A stretch of DNA of 64,000 bases from Spirochaetota bacterium. GTDB taxonomy: Bacteria; Spirochaetota; UBA4802; UBA5550. The position numbers and the translations under genes are program-made. This document shows, piece by piece, positions 17,982-28,300 of this stretch (positions within the stretch are counted from its first letter, which is position 1; every line of letters begins with the position of its first letter). The DNA is taken from the NCBI GenBank assembly GCA_963663865.1, contig OY760686.1, forward strand, positions 285,670 through 349,669, written 5' to 3'. The notes under the pieces were generated by a model. The model was not told the DNA's origin and did no database searches. It saw nothing but the letters and a program-made list of their open reading frames with translations.

Positions 17982-18617
17982 ATGGCGATGGATATTTTTA
18001 CTCTTAATATTTTCTCAAAAGGCGGCTTCATGATTTTTCCGATTATTCTCGGATCAATCGCCGCTCTCGGACTCACCATTGAACGGGCTATCTATTTTAG
18101 AAGACTTCGCTGCAATACCTCTGCATTCTCGAAGGAGATTCTTGGCCTTGTTGAGAACAATCAAAACTCTGAAGCGGTAACGCGATGCAATACCGAATTA
18201 CATCCTCTTGCCCCTGTTTTTGCAGCCGGCATAAATAGTATCGCCAGTGGGCCGGGAGTCATGGAGCGCGAAATGGAACGCGAAGGAGCCCTTCAGGTAA
18301 CATTGCTCGAAAAGAACCTGCCGGCGCTCATTACCATAGTTGGTATTGAACCAATGATGGGATTTCTGGGAACAATTATTGGACTCATCAAGGCTTTCAT
18401 GAATTGGGAGAAATACGGAACTAGCGTCACGGTTGAGCAGCTCGCCTCAGGCATCTACCAGGCCATGGTCACGACAGCGGCTGGACTGGCTGTAGCGATT
18501 CCATTCTACGTTGCCTACAACCTCTATACAGCACGTGTAAACAGAATAGCCTCTGAGCTCAACTACTTCGGAGACGCTTTGATAAGCGCTGCAGACAAAG
18601 GCGGATCAATCAGGTGA
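17982..18617 (+). CDS. exbB: MotA/TolQ/ExbB-family proton channel
   Basis: 3 TM helices with conserved ExbB C-terminal region (GLLGTIIGLIKAF...). Confidence 0.8.
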   Translation: MAMDIFTLNIFSKGGFMIFPIILGSIAALGLTIERAIYFRRLRCNTSAFSKEILGLVENNQNSEAVTRCNTELHPLAPVFAAGINSIASGPGVMEREMEREGALQVTLLEKNLPALITIVGIEPMMGFLGTIIGLIKAFMNWEKYGTSVTVEQLASGIYQAMVTTAAGLAVAIPFYVAYNLYTARVNRIASELNYFGDALISAADKGGSIR

Positions 18618-19039
18618 AGATTAAAACTCGTTTGAAAAGCAGCGGCACGCTTGATTCTGTCGCCATGACAGACATCATCATGAATCTCTTTATTTTCTTT
18701 TTTGTCAGCTTCAGCCTGCTATACACCTTCAATCCTTACAGCGAGTCCAAAATCAAGATCAGCCTTCCCAGGGGAACAACACAGGTAAAGCCGGAGCAGG
18801 ACGGGCCCGTAATCGTAAGTATTGATTCAGGAAATCAGATATACATTAGCGGTGAGCAAATATCTCCAGAGAAACTCATTGAATCGCTGAAGACAAAAGC
18901 TGAAACCCTCCAGCGTCACGGGGTAATTGTCAGAGCTGACAAGTCGGCAATGGTCGACTTTTTCGTTAAAGTTCTTGATGCCTCAAAACAGGCCGGGGTT
19001 GAAAAAATAGCAATCTCAATAGAACTTGATGAAAAATAG
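18614..19039 (+). CDS. exbD: ExbD/TolR-family biopolymer transport protein
   Basis: single N-terminal TM (MTDIIMNLFIFFFVSF) then periplasmic ExbD-like domain; 4-nt overlap with exbB. Confidence 0.8.
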   Translation: MKIKTRLKSSGTLDSVAMTDIIMNLFIFFFVSFSLLYTFNPYSESKIKISLPRGTTQVKPEQDGPVIVSIDSGNQIYISGEQISPEKLIESLKTKAETLQRHGVIVRADKSAMVDFFVKVLDASKQAGVEKIAISIELDEK

Positions 19040-19042
19040 CTG

Positions 19043-20095
19043 CTACTCGCCGGATGGGCTTTCAAACAGCGATGGGGAATCCTCTCCGGAGAAGTTATAT
19101 TCTCTGCCGATATGTGCATAAGCAGCTGGAGTTGCCATCCTACCGCGGGGAGTCCTCTTGATAAAGCCTATCTGAACGAGAAAAGGCTCATAGTAATCTT
19201 CAATCGTGTCTGTTTCCTCTCCAACCGAGATAGCTATCGTCTTCACTCCTGCCGGGCCGCCGCTGTATTTATCAATAAGTGTGCTCAAAATTTTCCTGTC
19301 CATTCTGTCAAGGCCCATCTCATCAATCTCGAGTCTCTCAAGCGCGAATCGTGTAACCTCAAGATCAATTCTGTCCATTTTTCTGACTATGCTGAAATCT
19401 GCCACCCTCTTCACAAGCCTGTTGACAATACGAGGCGTTCTTCTTGACCTCTGAGCTATCTCAAGGGCGGCATCTGAATCAATCCCGCGTCCCAGAATGC
19501 CGGATGACCTCTCAGCTATTATTTTCAGCTCTTCGGTGTTGTAGTAGTCAAAGCGCAGAGGAATACCGAACCTGTCCCTCAATGCCGAAGTTAAAAGCCC
19601 CGTCCTTGTAGTCGCCCCGATAAGTGTAAAGGGAGCCAAGCCGATCTTGATGCTCTTGGCGCCTACGCCCTGCCCGACCAGGATATCTATAGAACGGTCT
19701 TCCATTGCCGGATACAGTATTTCTTCAAGAGCCGGCGAGAGGCGGTGAATTTCATCTATAAAGAGCACATCATTTTCTTCAAGTCCTGTCAAGATTGAAG
19801 CAAGGTCACCGGCTTTGTCGATCACGGGAGCGGAAGTAGCCCTTAGATTAACCCCCATTTCTCTTGCTACAATAAGAGCGAGGGTTGTTTTCCCAAGCCC
19901 GGGAGGCCCTGCTAAAAGTATATGATCCAGAGCCTGCTTTCTAATTTTAGCTGACTCAATAAATACTTTTAGATTATCTGTAATCTGCTTTTGACCGATA
20001 AACTGGCTGAGGTCCTGAGGCCGTAAAGATTTTTCGACAGGATTACAGTCTTCATCAATTTTTCCGGGACTTACTATGCGCGAGTTATTTTCCAT
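19043..20095 (-). CDS. ruvB: Holliday junction branch-migration helicase RuvB
   Basis: LLAGPPGLGKTTLA Walker A, RuvB-like sensor and C-terminal winged-helix regions. Confidence 0.95.
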   Translation of the reverse strand: MENNSRIVSPGKIDEDCNPVEKSLRPQDLSQFIGQKQITDNLKVFIESAKIRKQALDHILLAGPPGLGKTTLALIVAREMGVNLRATSAPVIDKAGDLASILTGLEENDVLFIDEIHRLSPALEEILYPAMEDRSIDILVGQGVGAKSIKIGLAPFTLIGATTRTGLLTSALRDRFGIPLRFDYYNTEELKIIAERSSGILGRGIDSDAALEIAQRSRRTPRIVNRLVKRVADFSIVRKMDRIDLEVTRFALERLEIDEMGLDRMDRKILSTLIDKYSGGPAGVKTIAISVGEETDTIEDYYEPFLVQIGFIKRTPRGRMATPAAYAHIGREYNFSGEDSPSLFESPSGE

Positions 20096-20113
20096 TATTA
20101 AATGCCGTGTTAT

Positions 20114-20575
20114 CTACTGCTGCTGCTCTTTCAGGGCCTTGAGCACGGCAGAGGCCGTTTTGAGTTTTAAGAGCTCCTCTCTGAATGAGCCGTCGCTCAT
20201 AATCTTTGCTATACTCGCGAGTGTCTTGATATGCTGGGCGAATCTGCTTTTTGGGACAATCAGCAAAATTGCAATCCTTACAGGCGCGTTGTCAACAGCG
20301 TCAAAATCAATCCCGTCGCTGTTCATTGCAAGCATGATGACAACTTCGCTCACATCCTCGGTGGTGCAGTGAGGTATAGCCACGCTGTTGCCTATACCTG
20401 TACTCATGGACTTTTCTCTTTCCACCAGAGACTTTTTTACGGATTTTCTCTTATCCGGATGGATATCTTTATTCTTTACAGCTATATCCAGCATCTCTTC
20501 AATGAGAGCCCATCTGTCCTTCGACTTTGCTTTGAGAATAATATTGTTCTTCTTTAATCCGTCGGCAAGCAGCAT
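20114..20575 (-). CDS. ptsN: PTS EIIA-Ntr-like regulatory protein (PtsN family)
   Basis: PTS_EIIA_2 fold with active-site His in IGNSVAIPHC. Confidence 0.75.
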   Translation of the reverse strand: MLLADGLKKNNIILKAKSKDRWALIEEMLDIAVKNKDIHPDKRKSVKKSLVEREKSMSTGIGNSVAIPHCTTEDVSEVVIMLAMNSDGIDFDAVDNAPVRIAILLIVPKSRFAQHIKTLASIAKIMSDGSFREELLKLKTASAVLKALKEQQQ

Positions 20576-20808
20576 TGATAGAGAAACTCCGGTATATTTT
20601 TAGCTTCTCATGATATTTTATTTGAAGGCGGCATTTTAGTCAAGGTAAACTCATTCTACCAAGTTCCAAAGTTTACTTTTTGTTAAATAGCAAGGAGCAG
20701 TAATATGACACCGTATAGCGGTAAAAATCAGCTCCAACCTGCTGATACACTCTTAAAAAGAAACAATTATAAACCTTGTATATGTAAAATCAATGGCTAA
20801 AAACCGGC

Positions 20809-21396
20809 TCATCGTTTGATCTGAACGGGTTTTGGCACTTTGAGCCTTAAAGCAACAATGTCGCTGAATTTATTCATCAGGTCGCTGCTGCTGTATTCAA
20901 GAAATCTGTACATCGTTGTCCCTTTTATCTTTTCATGGAACAAATCCTTTTCGTTCTCGAATTGTGAGTCATAGTGTTTTTTTGAGTGACCATGAGCAGC
21001 CTTTACCACTCCAAGCCTTCTTATATCTCCATTGAAGTCAGGACTGATATGGTAAAGTTCATGAAAGATCACCCTGAGTTTTTCCTCTGGAGGAAGGTCA
21101 AAAAATCTCGGCATGTAGAAGTATATTATGTACTTCTGTTCAATTCCATTGTAAATCACGGGAGGAATTCTGAACCACCTTCCATAGTGGAGGATTTTTT
21201 CCGCGCCTCCCTTAAAACGGGAAGGAACGACCTTGGCAAAGGTACACCCGCCGGAACCAGCCCTGTTGGTACTCAAACAGACAAGCGTTTTTGACGGGTC
21301 AATGTGAGAAAATCCTGGCACAGATTCTGTAATCTCCCTGATAATGCGCGATAGATTTTCTGTTAGATCAATTTTTTCAGGTGAAGGCCTGTTCAT
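20809..21396 (-). CDS. HExxH-motif protein (putative zinc metallopeptidase, SprT/YgjP-like), co-operonic with recN
   Basis: FHELYHISPDF motif; 4-nt overlap with recN stop. Confidence 0.45.
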   Translation of the reverse strand: MNRPSPEKIDLTENLSRIIREITESVPGFSHIDPSKTLVCLSTNRAGSGGCTFAKVVPSRFKGGAEKILHYGRWFRIPPVIYNGIEQKYIIYFYMPRFFDLPPEEKLRVIFHELYHISPDFNGDIRRLGVVKAAHGHSKKHYDSQFENEKDLFHEKIKGTTMYRFLEYSSSDLMNKFSDIVALRLKVPKPVQIKR

Positions 21397-23114
21397 ACGG
21401 AAGTTCGGACCGTTTGATTCTCAGAAATTCTCACCATTTCCTCTGCATGTTGAAGAGATAGCTCAGTGATAGTTTCGCCGGCCAGCATTCTGGCGATTTC
21501 TCTGACCTTGTCTTTCCGTGAAAGCTTTTTTACAGCTGTTGTTACCCTTTCACCGCTCTTCGCCTTCTGAATATAGAAATGTGTATCCGACATGGATGCT
21601 ATTTGAGGAAGATGCGTAATAAGCAGCACCTGTCTTTTTGCTGACAACAGCTTCAGCTTCTTTCCGACTACATCAGCAGTCTTACCGCCGACACCGGCAT
21701 CAACCTCGTCAAAAATAAGGGTATCAACAATATCGGAACTCAGGATTACATTTTTTATCGCTAACATTATCCTCGACATCTCACCCCCGGAAGCCACCTT
21801 GTTCAGCGGCTTTAAATCCTCGCCTTCGTTCGCGGCAATCATAAATTCAATTCTGTCAAGGCCGTGAGGATAGAGCATATATCTTTTGCCTTCCGACTCC
21901 ACTTCGCCGGATTCACTGATCTCCCGCTTAATCGAAACCTTAAAAAGCGTGCCTCCCATACCCAGGTCCGTAAGCTCAGACATTACTTTTTTTTCTAAAA
22001 CTGAGGCGGCAGACATCCTTCTTTCTGACAGTTCAAGGGCTTTGTCCCGGGCCTGTAATACGACACGTCTTTCATCCTCTTTCAAGCGCTCAATCTCTTC
22101 ATCGCTTGATGTTATAGCATGAAGCTCTCGTCTTGCTTTGTCAGCATATTCCAGAATCTCTTCTATACTGTTCCCGTATTTTTTCCTGAGGCTTGAAATC
22201 AAAGAGAGTCTTTCCTCAATGAAGTTGACCCTTTCCGGTGAAAAATCAATTCTTTCATTATAGCTTCTCAGAAATTGGGCAGCATCTTCCAGGCTGAAGT
22301 AAGACTCTGTCACAGACTCCAGAATGTTTGATATATCGTTATCAAATTCAGAAGCCGAAGAAAGATTCTGCTCTGCCTTTTTTAAAAGCTGTAGAACCGC
22401 TCCTTCGCCATTGAGCAGCTCTGAAGCCGTGCTTACGGATTTGAAAAGCTTTTCTGCGTTGGCAAGCATGTTTGCTTCATTTTTAAGCTCAACCTCTTCA
22501 GAGATGTTCAGTCCCGCGTCTTCTATTTCCTTGATCGCAAACGAATTAAACTCAATTCTTCTCAGTTTCTCTCGCTCATCTATTTCGAATGAAGAAAGCT
22601 TTTCCCGGATACTGTTCAGATGTTCGTGAATTTTCCTCATCCCGGAAACCGAATCCTGAAACCCGCCGAAAGAATCGAGAAGGTCTCTGTGCTTTGATAT
22701 TCTTGCGATTTCCTGGTGTTCGTTCTGGCCGTGAATATCAATCAGATACTGCGAGATTTCTCGGACCTTGGCCAATGGGACCTGTACGGCATTAACAAAG
22801 CACCGTCCCTTGCCGCTTGAGTATAGCTCTCTCCTCATAATCAGCGTGTCATCATATTCTATTCCTGCGTCATTGAGTAGGCCGGCAACTTCGGGCAACC
22901 CGGATACATCGAAAACCCCCTCGAGAGTTGCCTTTTCGAAACCCGTGCGAATCATATCCGTAGTCATCTTTTCGCCAAGAATTCCCGAAATAGCGTCTAT
23001 CAGAATGGATTTTCCCGCGCCGGTCTCACCGGTAAGGACATTCATTCCATCGCTGAATTCCATTGACAGGTCTTCGATTATAACAAAGTTCTTAATCCTG
23101 AGTTCAAGAAGCAT
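21393..23114 (-). CDS. recN: DNA repair protein RecN
   Basis: MLLELRIKNFVIIE...GETGAGKSIL Walker A; SMC-like coiled coil; track start 23183, ATG 23114 (ML..L.I.NF) preferred, 4 nt after nadK stop. Confidence 0.9.
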   Translation of the reverse strand: MLLELRIKNFVIIEDLSMEFSDGMNVLTGETGAGKSILIDAISGILGEKMTTDMIRTGFEKATLEGVFDVSGLPEVAGLLNDAGIEYDDTLIMRRELYSSGKGRCFVNAVQVPLAKVREISQYLIDIHGQNEHQEIARISKHRDLLDSFGGFQDSVSGMRKIHEHLNSIREKLSSFEIDEREKLRRIEFNSFAIKEIEDAGLNISEEVELKNEANMLANAEKLFKSVSTASELLNGEGAVLQLLKKAEQNLSSASEFDNDISNILESVTESYFSLEDAAQFLRSYNERIDFSPERVNFIEERLSLISSLRKKYGNSIEEILEYADKARRELHAITSSDEEIERLKEDERRVVLQARDKALELSERRMSAASVLEKKVMSELTDLGMGGTLFKVSIKREISESGEVESEGKRYMLYPHGLDRIEFMIAANEGEDLKPLNKVASGGEMSRIMLAIKNVILSSDIVDTLIFDEVDAGVGGKTADVVGKKLKLLSAKRQVLLITHLPQIASMSDTHFYIQKAKSGERVTTAVKKLSRKDKVREIARMLAGETITELSLQHAEEMVRISENQTVRTSV

Positions 23115-23118
23115 ATAA

Positions 23119-23982
23119 CTATCGTCCCCAGTTGAGTTTTTCTCGGAGTATTGTGTAGAAGCTTTTTTCGGGATGTGATACAAGGCTGACGCTTTTATCG
23201 GTCAGCCGGAAGACTACCTCGTCTCTGCTGTCAATATCGATAGCAACCTGACCGTCAATTGTCAATAATAAATTGTTGGCCTCAGATACTATCCTGGCCA
23301 GCAGATTTGACGATGAAGGAAGAACCATCGGCCTTGTTCCAAGAGAATGCGGGCAGACAGGGTTCATCAAGAAAACATCAGTCGCGTCAGGTGAAATAAT
23401 AGGTCCGCCTGCCGACAGCGAATATGCAGTCGAGCCGGTAGCTGTTGAAATTATAAGCCCATCGCCATAGTACGAATTCAGAAAGTTGCCGTTAAGCTCC
23501 AGTTCAAGTTTGATTGCCCTAGAAAATGAACCCTTTGAAAGAACACCGTCATTGACAAAGTACTGCCTGCTTAACTGTTTCCCCTTTCTGTAGAGAATTG
23601 CCTCAAGCACGGATCTTCGTACAATATTGAAACAGCCGGAAAGGAGATCAGGCAGATATTTTTTAAACTCTTCAGGGCTGAATTCAGTTAGAAATCCCAG
23701 CCTTCCTCTGTTAACTCCGAGAATGGGCTTTTCGTTTTCGACAAACATCCGCGCTGTACGCAAAAAAGTCCCATCCCCCCCTATTGAAAAAACCAGATCG
23801 GCTCCCTGCACAAATTCACCCGAGCAGACAATATGCTTTTTCAGCTTTCCTGAACGGACAATATCATAGTCCGGAAGCTGAATAGAGATGCCTCTCTCTT
23901 CAGCCGCTCGGATCAGGTCATTTATTATAATTACAGATATTTCGTCGTCAGGTTTCAGGTTGACAGAAACTGTCTTAATCAT
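23119..23982 (-). CDS. nadK: NAD+ kinase
   Basis: GGDGTFL and NRGRLGFL motifs. Confidence 0.9.
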   Translation of the reverse strand: MIKTVSVNLKPDDEISVIIINDLIRAAEERGISIQLPDYDIVRSGKLKKHIVCSGEFVQGADLVFSIGGDGTFLRTARMFVENEKPILGVNRGRLGFLTEFSPEEFKKYLPDLLSGCFNIVRRSVLEAILYRKGKQLSRQYFVNDGVLSKGSFSRAIKLELELNGNFLNSYYGDGLIISTATGSTAYSLSAGGPIISPDATDVFLMNPVCPHSLGTRPMVLPSSSNLLARIVSEANNLLLTIDGQVAIDIDSRDEVVFRLTDKSVSLVSHPEKSFYTILREKLNWGR

Positions 23983-23997
23983 TGCGTTCCGACCTTT

Positions 23998-25224
23998 CTA
24001 TTCTTCATCCGGATATCTGGACTGTATCGCCCTGATTTCTTCAAGGCTTTCAAAAAATATTTCCACAAGAGCCGGGTCAAACTTCTTCCCCTTTAGCAGT
24101 CTGATCTCCTGAAGAACATCATCCTCGTTCCATGCTTCCTTATAAACCCTTTTAGACGACAGAGCGTCAAAAACGTCCGCGAGCGCGACAATCCTTCCAA
24201 ACAGAGGAATCTCTTCTCCCTTAAGCGGAAGGGGCTTTTCGTCCTCACCTGCTTCAAGAGTCTCCCCTGTCATGGGGTCTATTTTCCCTGGATATCCGGT
24301 TCCATCCCAATTTTCATGATGAGTCAGGGCAACCTCTGCGGCCACATCGTCAAGGATGGACTGTCTGTCTCTGAAAAGCCTGGCTCCAAGGTAGGTATGG
24401 GCCTTCATTATTTCATACTCTTCATCGGTAAAGCGGGCCTTCTTTTTCAAAATGGTGTCTGAAATAGCAACTTTGCCCGCGTCATGCAGCATCGATGCCA
24501 TTCTGAGAACATCCCTTGAAAGCATTACTTCCTTTTCCGGCAGGCCGGCCTTCTGCGCCCACTTTTCGTACAGAACAACCGAATATGAAGCAACCCTGTT
24601 AACATGCGCTCCTGTCTCCCGGGGGTCTCTCAGCTCAGCCATGAGAATCATTCTCAGGAGCAGCGTTCTGGTAAGTATCGCACGCTGAAGAACCATGCTT
24701 GCGCTACCGGCAAAATGCGAAATGTACATCTCGTCTACCGCGCTGAATGTCTTTATTTTGCCCTTTTGGTTTTTTGCGTTTATTATCTGAATTACACCGA
24801 GTATCTCACCGTTTACATTTTTTAACGGAACAGTCAGCATCGAAGAGGTCCGGTATCCTGATTTTACATCATAAGTCGGATCAAAGCGGTAAGGTGCTTC
24901 ACTGCTGATCGAATACACATCGGGGATGTTGAGCGGTTTTCCTGTGACAGCGACATACCCTGCTATGGAACCCTTGTTTATGGGTATCGTAAACAACGAG
25001 TATATGAGCTTTTTGCCGGGAGCAAGCTTTTTCTGCTGCGTCTCGTTCTGTGTATTGGAGAATACAAGCTGATCGCCATCCCTGCTGTAAATAGTCCCGG
25101 CATCTGCTGACGCGAACTTTCTTGCCTCCAGCAGAATCCTTTCAAGAAGGATATCAACGTCCTGAACCGTGTGCAGTTCGGAGCCAAGCCTGATTATCTC
25201 CTTTAATTTCTGGTTCTCATTCAT
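23998..25224 (-). CDS. GAF-domain HD-GYP cyclic-di-GMP phosphodiesterase
   Basis: N-terminal GAF; HD (MLHDAGK) and HHENWDGTGYP motifs. Confidence 0.85.
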   Translation of the reverse strand: MNENQKLKEIIRLGSELHTVQDVDILLERILLEARKFASADAGTIYSRDGDQLVFSNTQNETQQKKLAPGKKLIYSLFTIPINKGSIAGYVAVTGKPLNIPDVYSISSEAPYRFDPTYDVKSGYRTSSMLTVPLKNVNGEILGVIQIINAKNQKGKIKTFSAVDEMYISHFAGSASMVLQRAILTRTLLLRMILMAELRDPRETGAHVNRVASYSVVLYEKWAQKAGLPEKEVMLSRDVLRMASMLHDAGKVAISDTILKKKARFTDEEYEIMKAHTYLGARLFRDRQSILDDVAAEVALTHHENWDGTGYPGKIDPMTGETLEAGEDEKPLPLKGEEIPLFGRIVALADVFDALSSKRVYKEAWNEDDVLQEIRLLKGKKFDPALVEIFFESLEEIRAIQSRYPDEE

Positions 25225-25414
25225 CTTAAACCTGAATCCGTCTAATCTCTTGTCAATACTAGAATCCGTACCGTTACTGCTGTCAAGATATAAAGATATG
25301 CTTACTCCTGAACTGCTGTTAATAAATAACGTAAAAACCTGATAATTAATTCAGTATTATTTTTTACGAAGAATTTAACTTTTCGTAATTATTACATAAA
25401 ATCACCATAAGTTA

Positions 25415-26266
25415 TTGATTAGAGTTCTTCATTATATGATAATGGTAAAAAAACTGGGCTGGTATATTATGTCAGGTATTTTCGGCAAACATGATTTTGA
25501 TTTTTTTCTTTCGATTATTGAATCAGCAGGAGAGCTGGCGCACAGCTATCAGAAGAAGGGTTTTAATATTGAGGAGAAAGCGGACTCTACCATCGTAACA
25601 GAAGCCGACTTCAAGGTCCAGGAGCTCATAGTAGAGAGAATATCCTCAAATTATCCGGATGTGAACTTTGTACATGAAGAAAACTTTGACACATCAGTCA
25701 ACCGTATCAACCCTGACACTCTAACTGTTATAATTGATCCAATTGACGGAACCTCCGTTTTTAGCATGTACCTGCCAATGTGGTGTATTTCAATAGGTGT
25801 TTTTGAAGGATATAACCCTCTCTACGGATTTGTCTATTCCCCCGGCAGCGGATTCCTTTTTTACAACGACAATGACAGAGCCTATCTCAACGGCAAGGAG
25901 CTGGAAGCCGTATATGGCACCCGGGTAAATACCGAAACAAGCTTTTTCTGTGCTTCAGAGATTAGCAACATGATTCTCCCGGAATTTCCCGGGAAGATAA
26001 GAAATCTTGGTTCTACTGCAATGCACGCATGTTTGACTGCGGATAATGCCCGCAACAGATCCCTTGCTTTCATAGGACAGTCTTACCTGTGGGATTGGGC
26101 CGGAGCCATCCCGGTACTGCTGAAAGCAGGGGTAAAGCTTAATCATCTTAATGGCGAAGAACCGGATTACAAAAAAATTGCGGAAAACGGCTATTATATT
26201 CCAGAACCTCTCATAGCCCATACAGCGGAAAACTTCGAGGACATAAAGAAGTACCTCAAGAAATGA
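25415..26266 (+). CDS. inositol monophosphatase family protein
   Basis: FVHEENF, IDPIDGT, WDWAG motifs; start uncertain (TTG 25415, ATG 25436 or 25469). Confidence 0.75.
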   Translation: MIRVLHYMIMVKKLGWYIMSGIFGKHDFDFFLSIIESAGELAHSYQKKGFNIEEKADSTIVTEADFKVQELIVERISSNYPDVNFVHEENFDTSVNRINPDTLTVIIDPIDGTSVFSMYLPMWCISIGVFEGYNPLYGFVYSPGSGFLFYNDNDRAYLNGKELEAVYGTRVNTETSFFCASEISNMILPEFPGKIRNLGSTAMHACLTADNARNRSLAFIGQSYLWDWAGAIPVLLKAGVKLNHLNGEEPDYKKIAENGYYIPEPLIAHTAENFEDIKKYLKK

Positions 26267-26267
26267 G

Positions 26268-27623
26268 CTATTTCCCTATGCAGAAACGGCTGAATATTGA
26301 GCCCAAGACATCGTCCGGGGTTATTTCGCCGGTAATATCCGAAAGCTGATCTATCGCCGTCTGAAGTTCAAAGGCAATGATCTCTGCCGATTCACCGGTT
26401 CTGGCCAGGTCAGCCGCTCTTTTTACTGAGGATATCGCTTCACCGGCAAGACTTCGCATTCGGGCATCGGCGATAAAAAAATTATCATTCACGTCGATTC
26501 CCTTCGAAAGAACCTCCTTCATGGCTCTTTCAAGTTCGCCAAGACCTTCCCCTTTGCGTGCTGAAACCTTAACGGCAGCTGTTCCGAGTTCTTTTTCTAT
26601 CCCAGAAACGATATCATGATCAGCAATGTCGCATTTATTTATTATGTAAATCTTCTCTCTTCCGCCAAGTTCGCAAATGATCTTTCTGTCTGCTGATGTC
26701 AGCCCTTCAGCTCCATCAATGACAACGAGAATAACGGATGCCCGCTCAATACTCTTTCTGCTTAGCTCAATGCCCTGTCTTTCGATCTCGTCCCGCGGAT
26801 CATCTATTCCGGCAGTATCAGAGATATTTACAGGTACTCCGCCAATATGAACCGATTCGCTTATTATATCCCTGGTTGTCCCTGGAATATTGGAAACAAT
26901 GGCTCTCTCACGGTTTAGAATAGCGTTCAGAAGGCTCGACTTGCCAACATTAGGCCTCCCGGCGATTGTAACATCAACCCCCTGGGATATCTTCGCGCCA
27001 AGCAGGCATCTTTTTAAAAATTCGGTTAGCTGAAATATAATCTCATCAGCTTTTTTTTCCGCATTGTCTCTGCTTATGAACTCTATATCCTCTTCATAAA
27101 AATCAATAGCGGATTCAATGTCTGCCTTGAGCTCGGTCAGCATCTCTTTAATCGATTCAACACGCTGCTTCATAGAGCCGTGCATTTGCACAATTGCAGA
27201 AGCAATTTCCCAATCGCTATTAGCGTTGATCACACCATTAATTGCCTCAGCCCCTGTCAGGTCAATTTTACCGTTTATAAAGGCCCTTCTGCTGAACTCC
27301 CCAGGAAGAGCTGCTCTTGCGCCCCGTGATAAAAGCAGTAAGATAATTTTTGATGTAATAAGCGGATTGCCGTGACAGAAGATTTCAACCATATCCTCCC
27401 CGGTAAAGCTCGCAGGAGAAAAATACGGCAGGAAAATCACATCATCGACGGTTTTACCTTCATCAAGAATGGAACCGTACACGGCTTTTCTATCGGCAAT
27501 GTCGCCCGGGCGGGAAAAAAAGGATGCAGCCAGCCGGATACAGCCCGGGCCGCTTACTCTTATAATAGCAAGCGGTGACCTCACCGGGGCTGTAGCCGGA
27601 GCACATATTATATCGTCTATCAT
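26268..27623 (-). CDS. mnmE: tRNA modification GTPase MnmE (TrmE)
   Basis: N-terminal THF-binding domain, G-domain GRPNVGKSSL, C-terminal CIGK. Confidence 0.95.
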   Translation of the reverse strand: MIDDIICAPATAPVRSPLAIIRVSGPGCIRLAASFFSRPGDIADRKAVYGSILDEGKTVDDVIFLPYFSPASFTGEDMVEIFCHGNPLITSKIILLLLSRGARAALPGEFSRRAFINGKIDLTGAEAINGVINANSDWEIASAIVQMHGSMKQRVESIKEMLTELKADIESAIDFYEEDIEFISRDNAEKKADEIIFQLTEFLKRCLLGAKISQGVDVTIAGRPNVGKSSLLNAILNRERAIVSNIPGTTRDIISESVHIGGVPVNISDTAGIDDPRDEIERQGIELSRKSIERASVILVVIDGAEGLTSADRKIICELGGREKIYIINKCDIADHDIVSGIEKELGTAAVKVSARKGEGLGELERAMKEVLSKGIDVNDNFFIADARMRSLAGEAISSVKRAADLARTGESAEIIAFELQTAIDQLSDITGEITPDDVLGSIFSRFCIGK

Positions 27624-27624
27624 A

Positions 27625-28272
27625 TTAAAGCTGTGAGTCTTTCGGCATAACTTTTATTTTACGGTATATTCCCTGGCCTTCACTTTTAGTCATTACACGG
27701 CTGTCGTTTTGGAGGGCCAGGTGTATCAAACGTCTCTCAAAAGGATTCATGGGCTCAAGTGTCCATGGCTTTCCCGTTCTAACAACCTTCAACGCGATTT
27801 CTTTAGAGAGTTTTCTCAGAGCCTTTTCCCGTTTATCTCTGTAATCTTCAATATCGAGAATAATCTTTTTTTCAGTACCTGTACGGTTCCCAACTATGAG
27901 ATTGACCATAAACTGTAGAGCTTCAAGGGTTTTCCCCTTCCGTCCTATTACGATTCCAGAACTTTCACTGCTTTCGAGCTCAACATAGACTTTTGACTCA
28001 ATCTCTCTGGTCTCCTTGATAGTGGTATTTAGTCCCATTCTGCTGAGAATCTCTGATATTACTTCCTTTGTTACAGAAGCAATCTCGGCTGTGTCCTGGC
28101 TTAGAAAAGCTCTTATCTTTGCCTGCTTTGAGACTCCAAATCCGAAAAGCCCGCTTTTCCCCTGTTCGAGAACCTCAACTCTGATCGCGGAAGGATCTTT
28201 GACACCAAAGTTTTCCATAGCCTTTTTTGTTGCTTCATCAACCGATTTCCCTTCGACTTCAATCACTTTCAT
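27625..28272 (-). CDS. jag: Jag/KhpB RNA-binding protein (KH + R3H)
   Basis: KH-like and R3H (LTKSEGQGIYRKIKV) regions; ATG 28272 with GGAGGA SD preferred over track start 28332; conserved position after yidC. Confidence 0.8.
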   Translation of the reverse strand: MKVIEVEGKSVDEATKKAMENFGVKDPSAIRVEVLEQGKSGLFGFGVSKQAKIRAFLSQDTAEIASVTKEVISEILSRMGLNTTIKETREIESKVYVELESSESSGIVIGRKGKTLEALQFMVNLIVGNRTGTEKKIILDIEDYRDKREKALRKLSKEIALKVVRTGKPWTLEPMNPFERRLIHLALQNDSRVMTKSEGQGIYRKIKVMPKDSQL

Positions 28273-28300
28273 CCGGCTTCCTCCGTATGTAGTATGAAAC

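Noticed and set aside
20823-20840. TGGCAC-like sequences at 20828 and 21316 resembling sigma-54 -24 elements
   Set aside because: The -12 GC dinucleotide is misplaced (CT or GT instead of GC at positions 14-15). Both lie on the non-transcribed orientation inside coding sequence.
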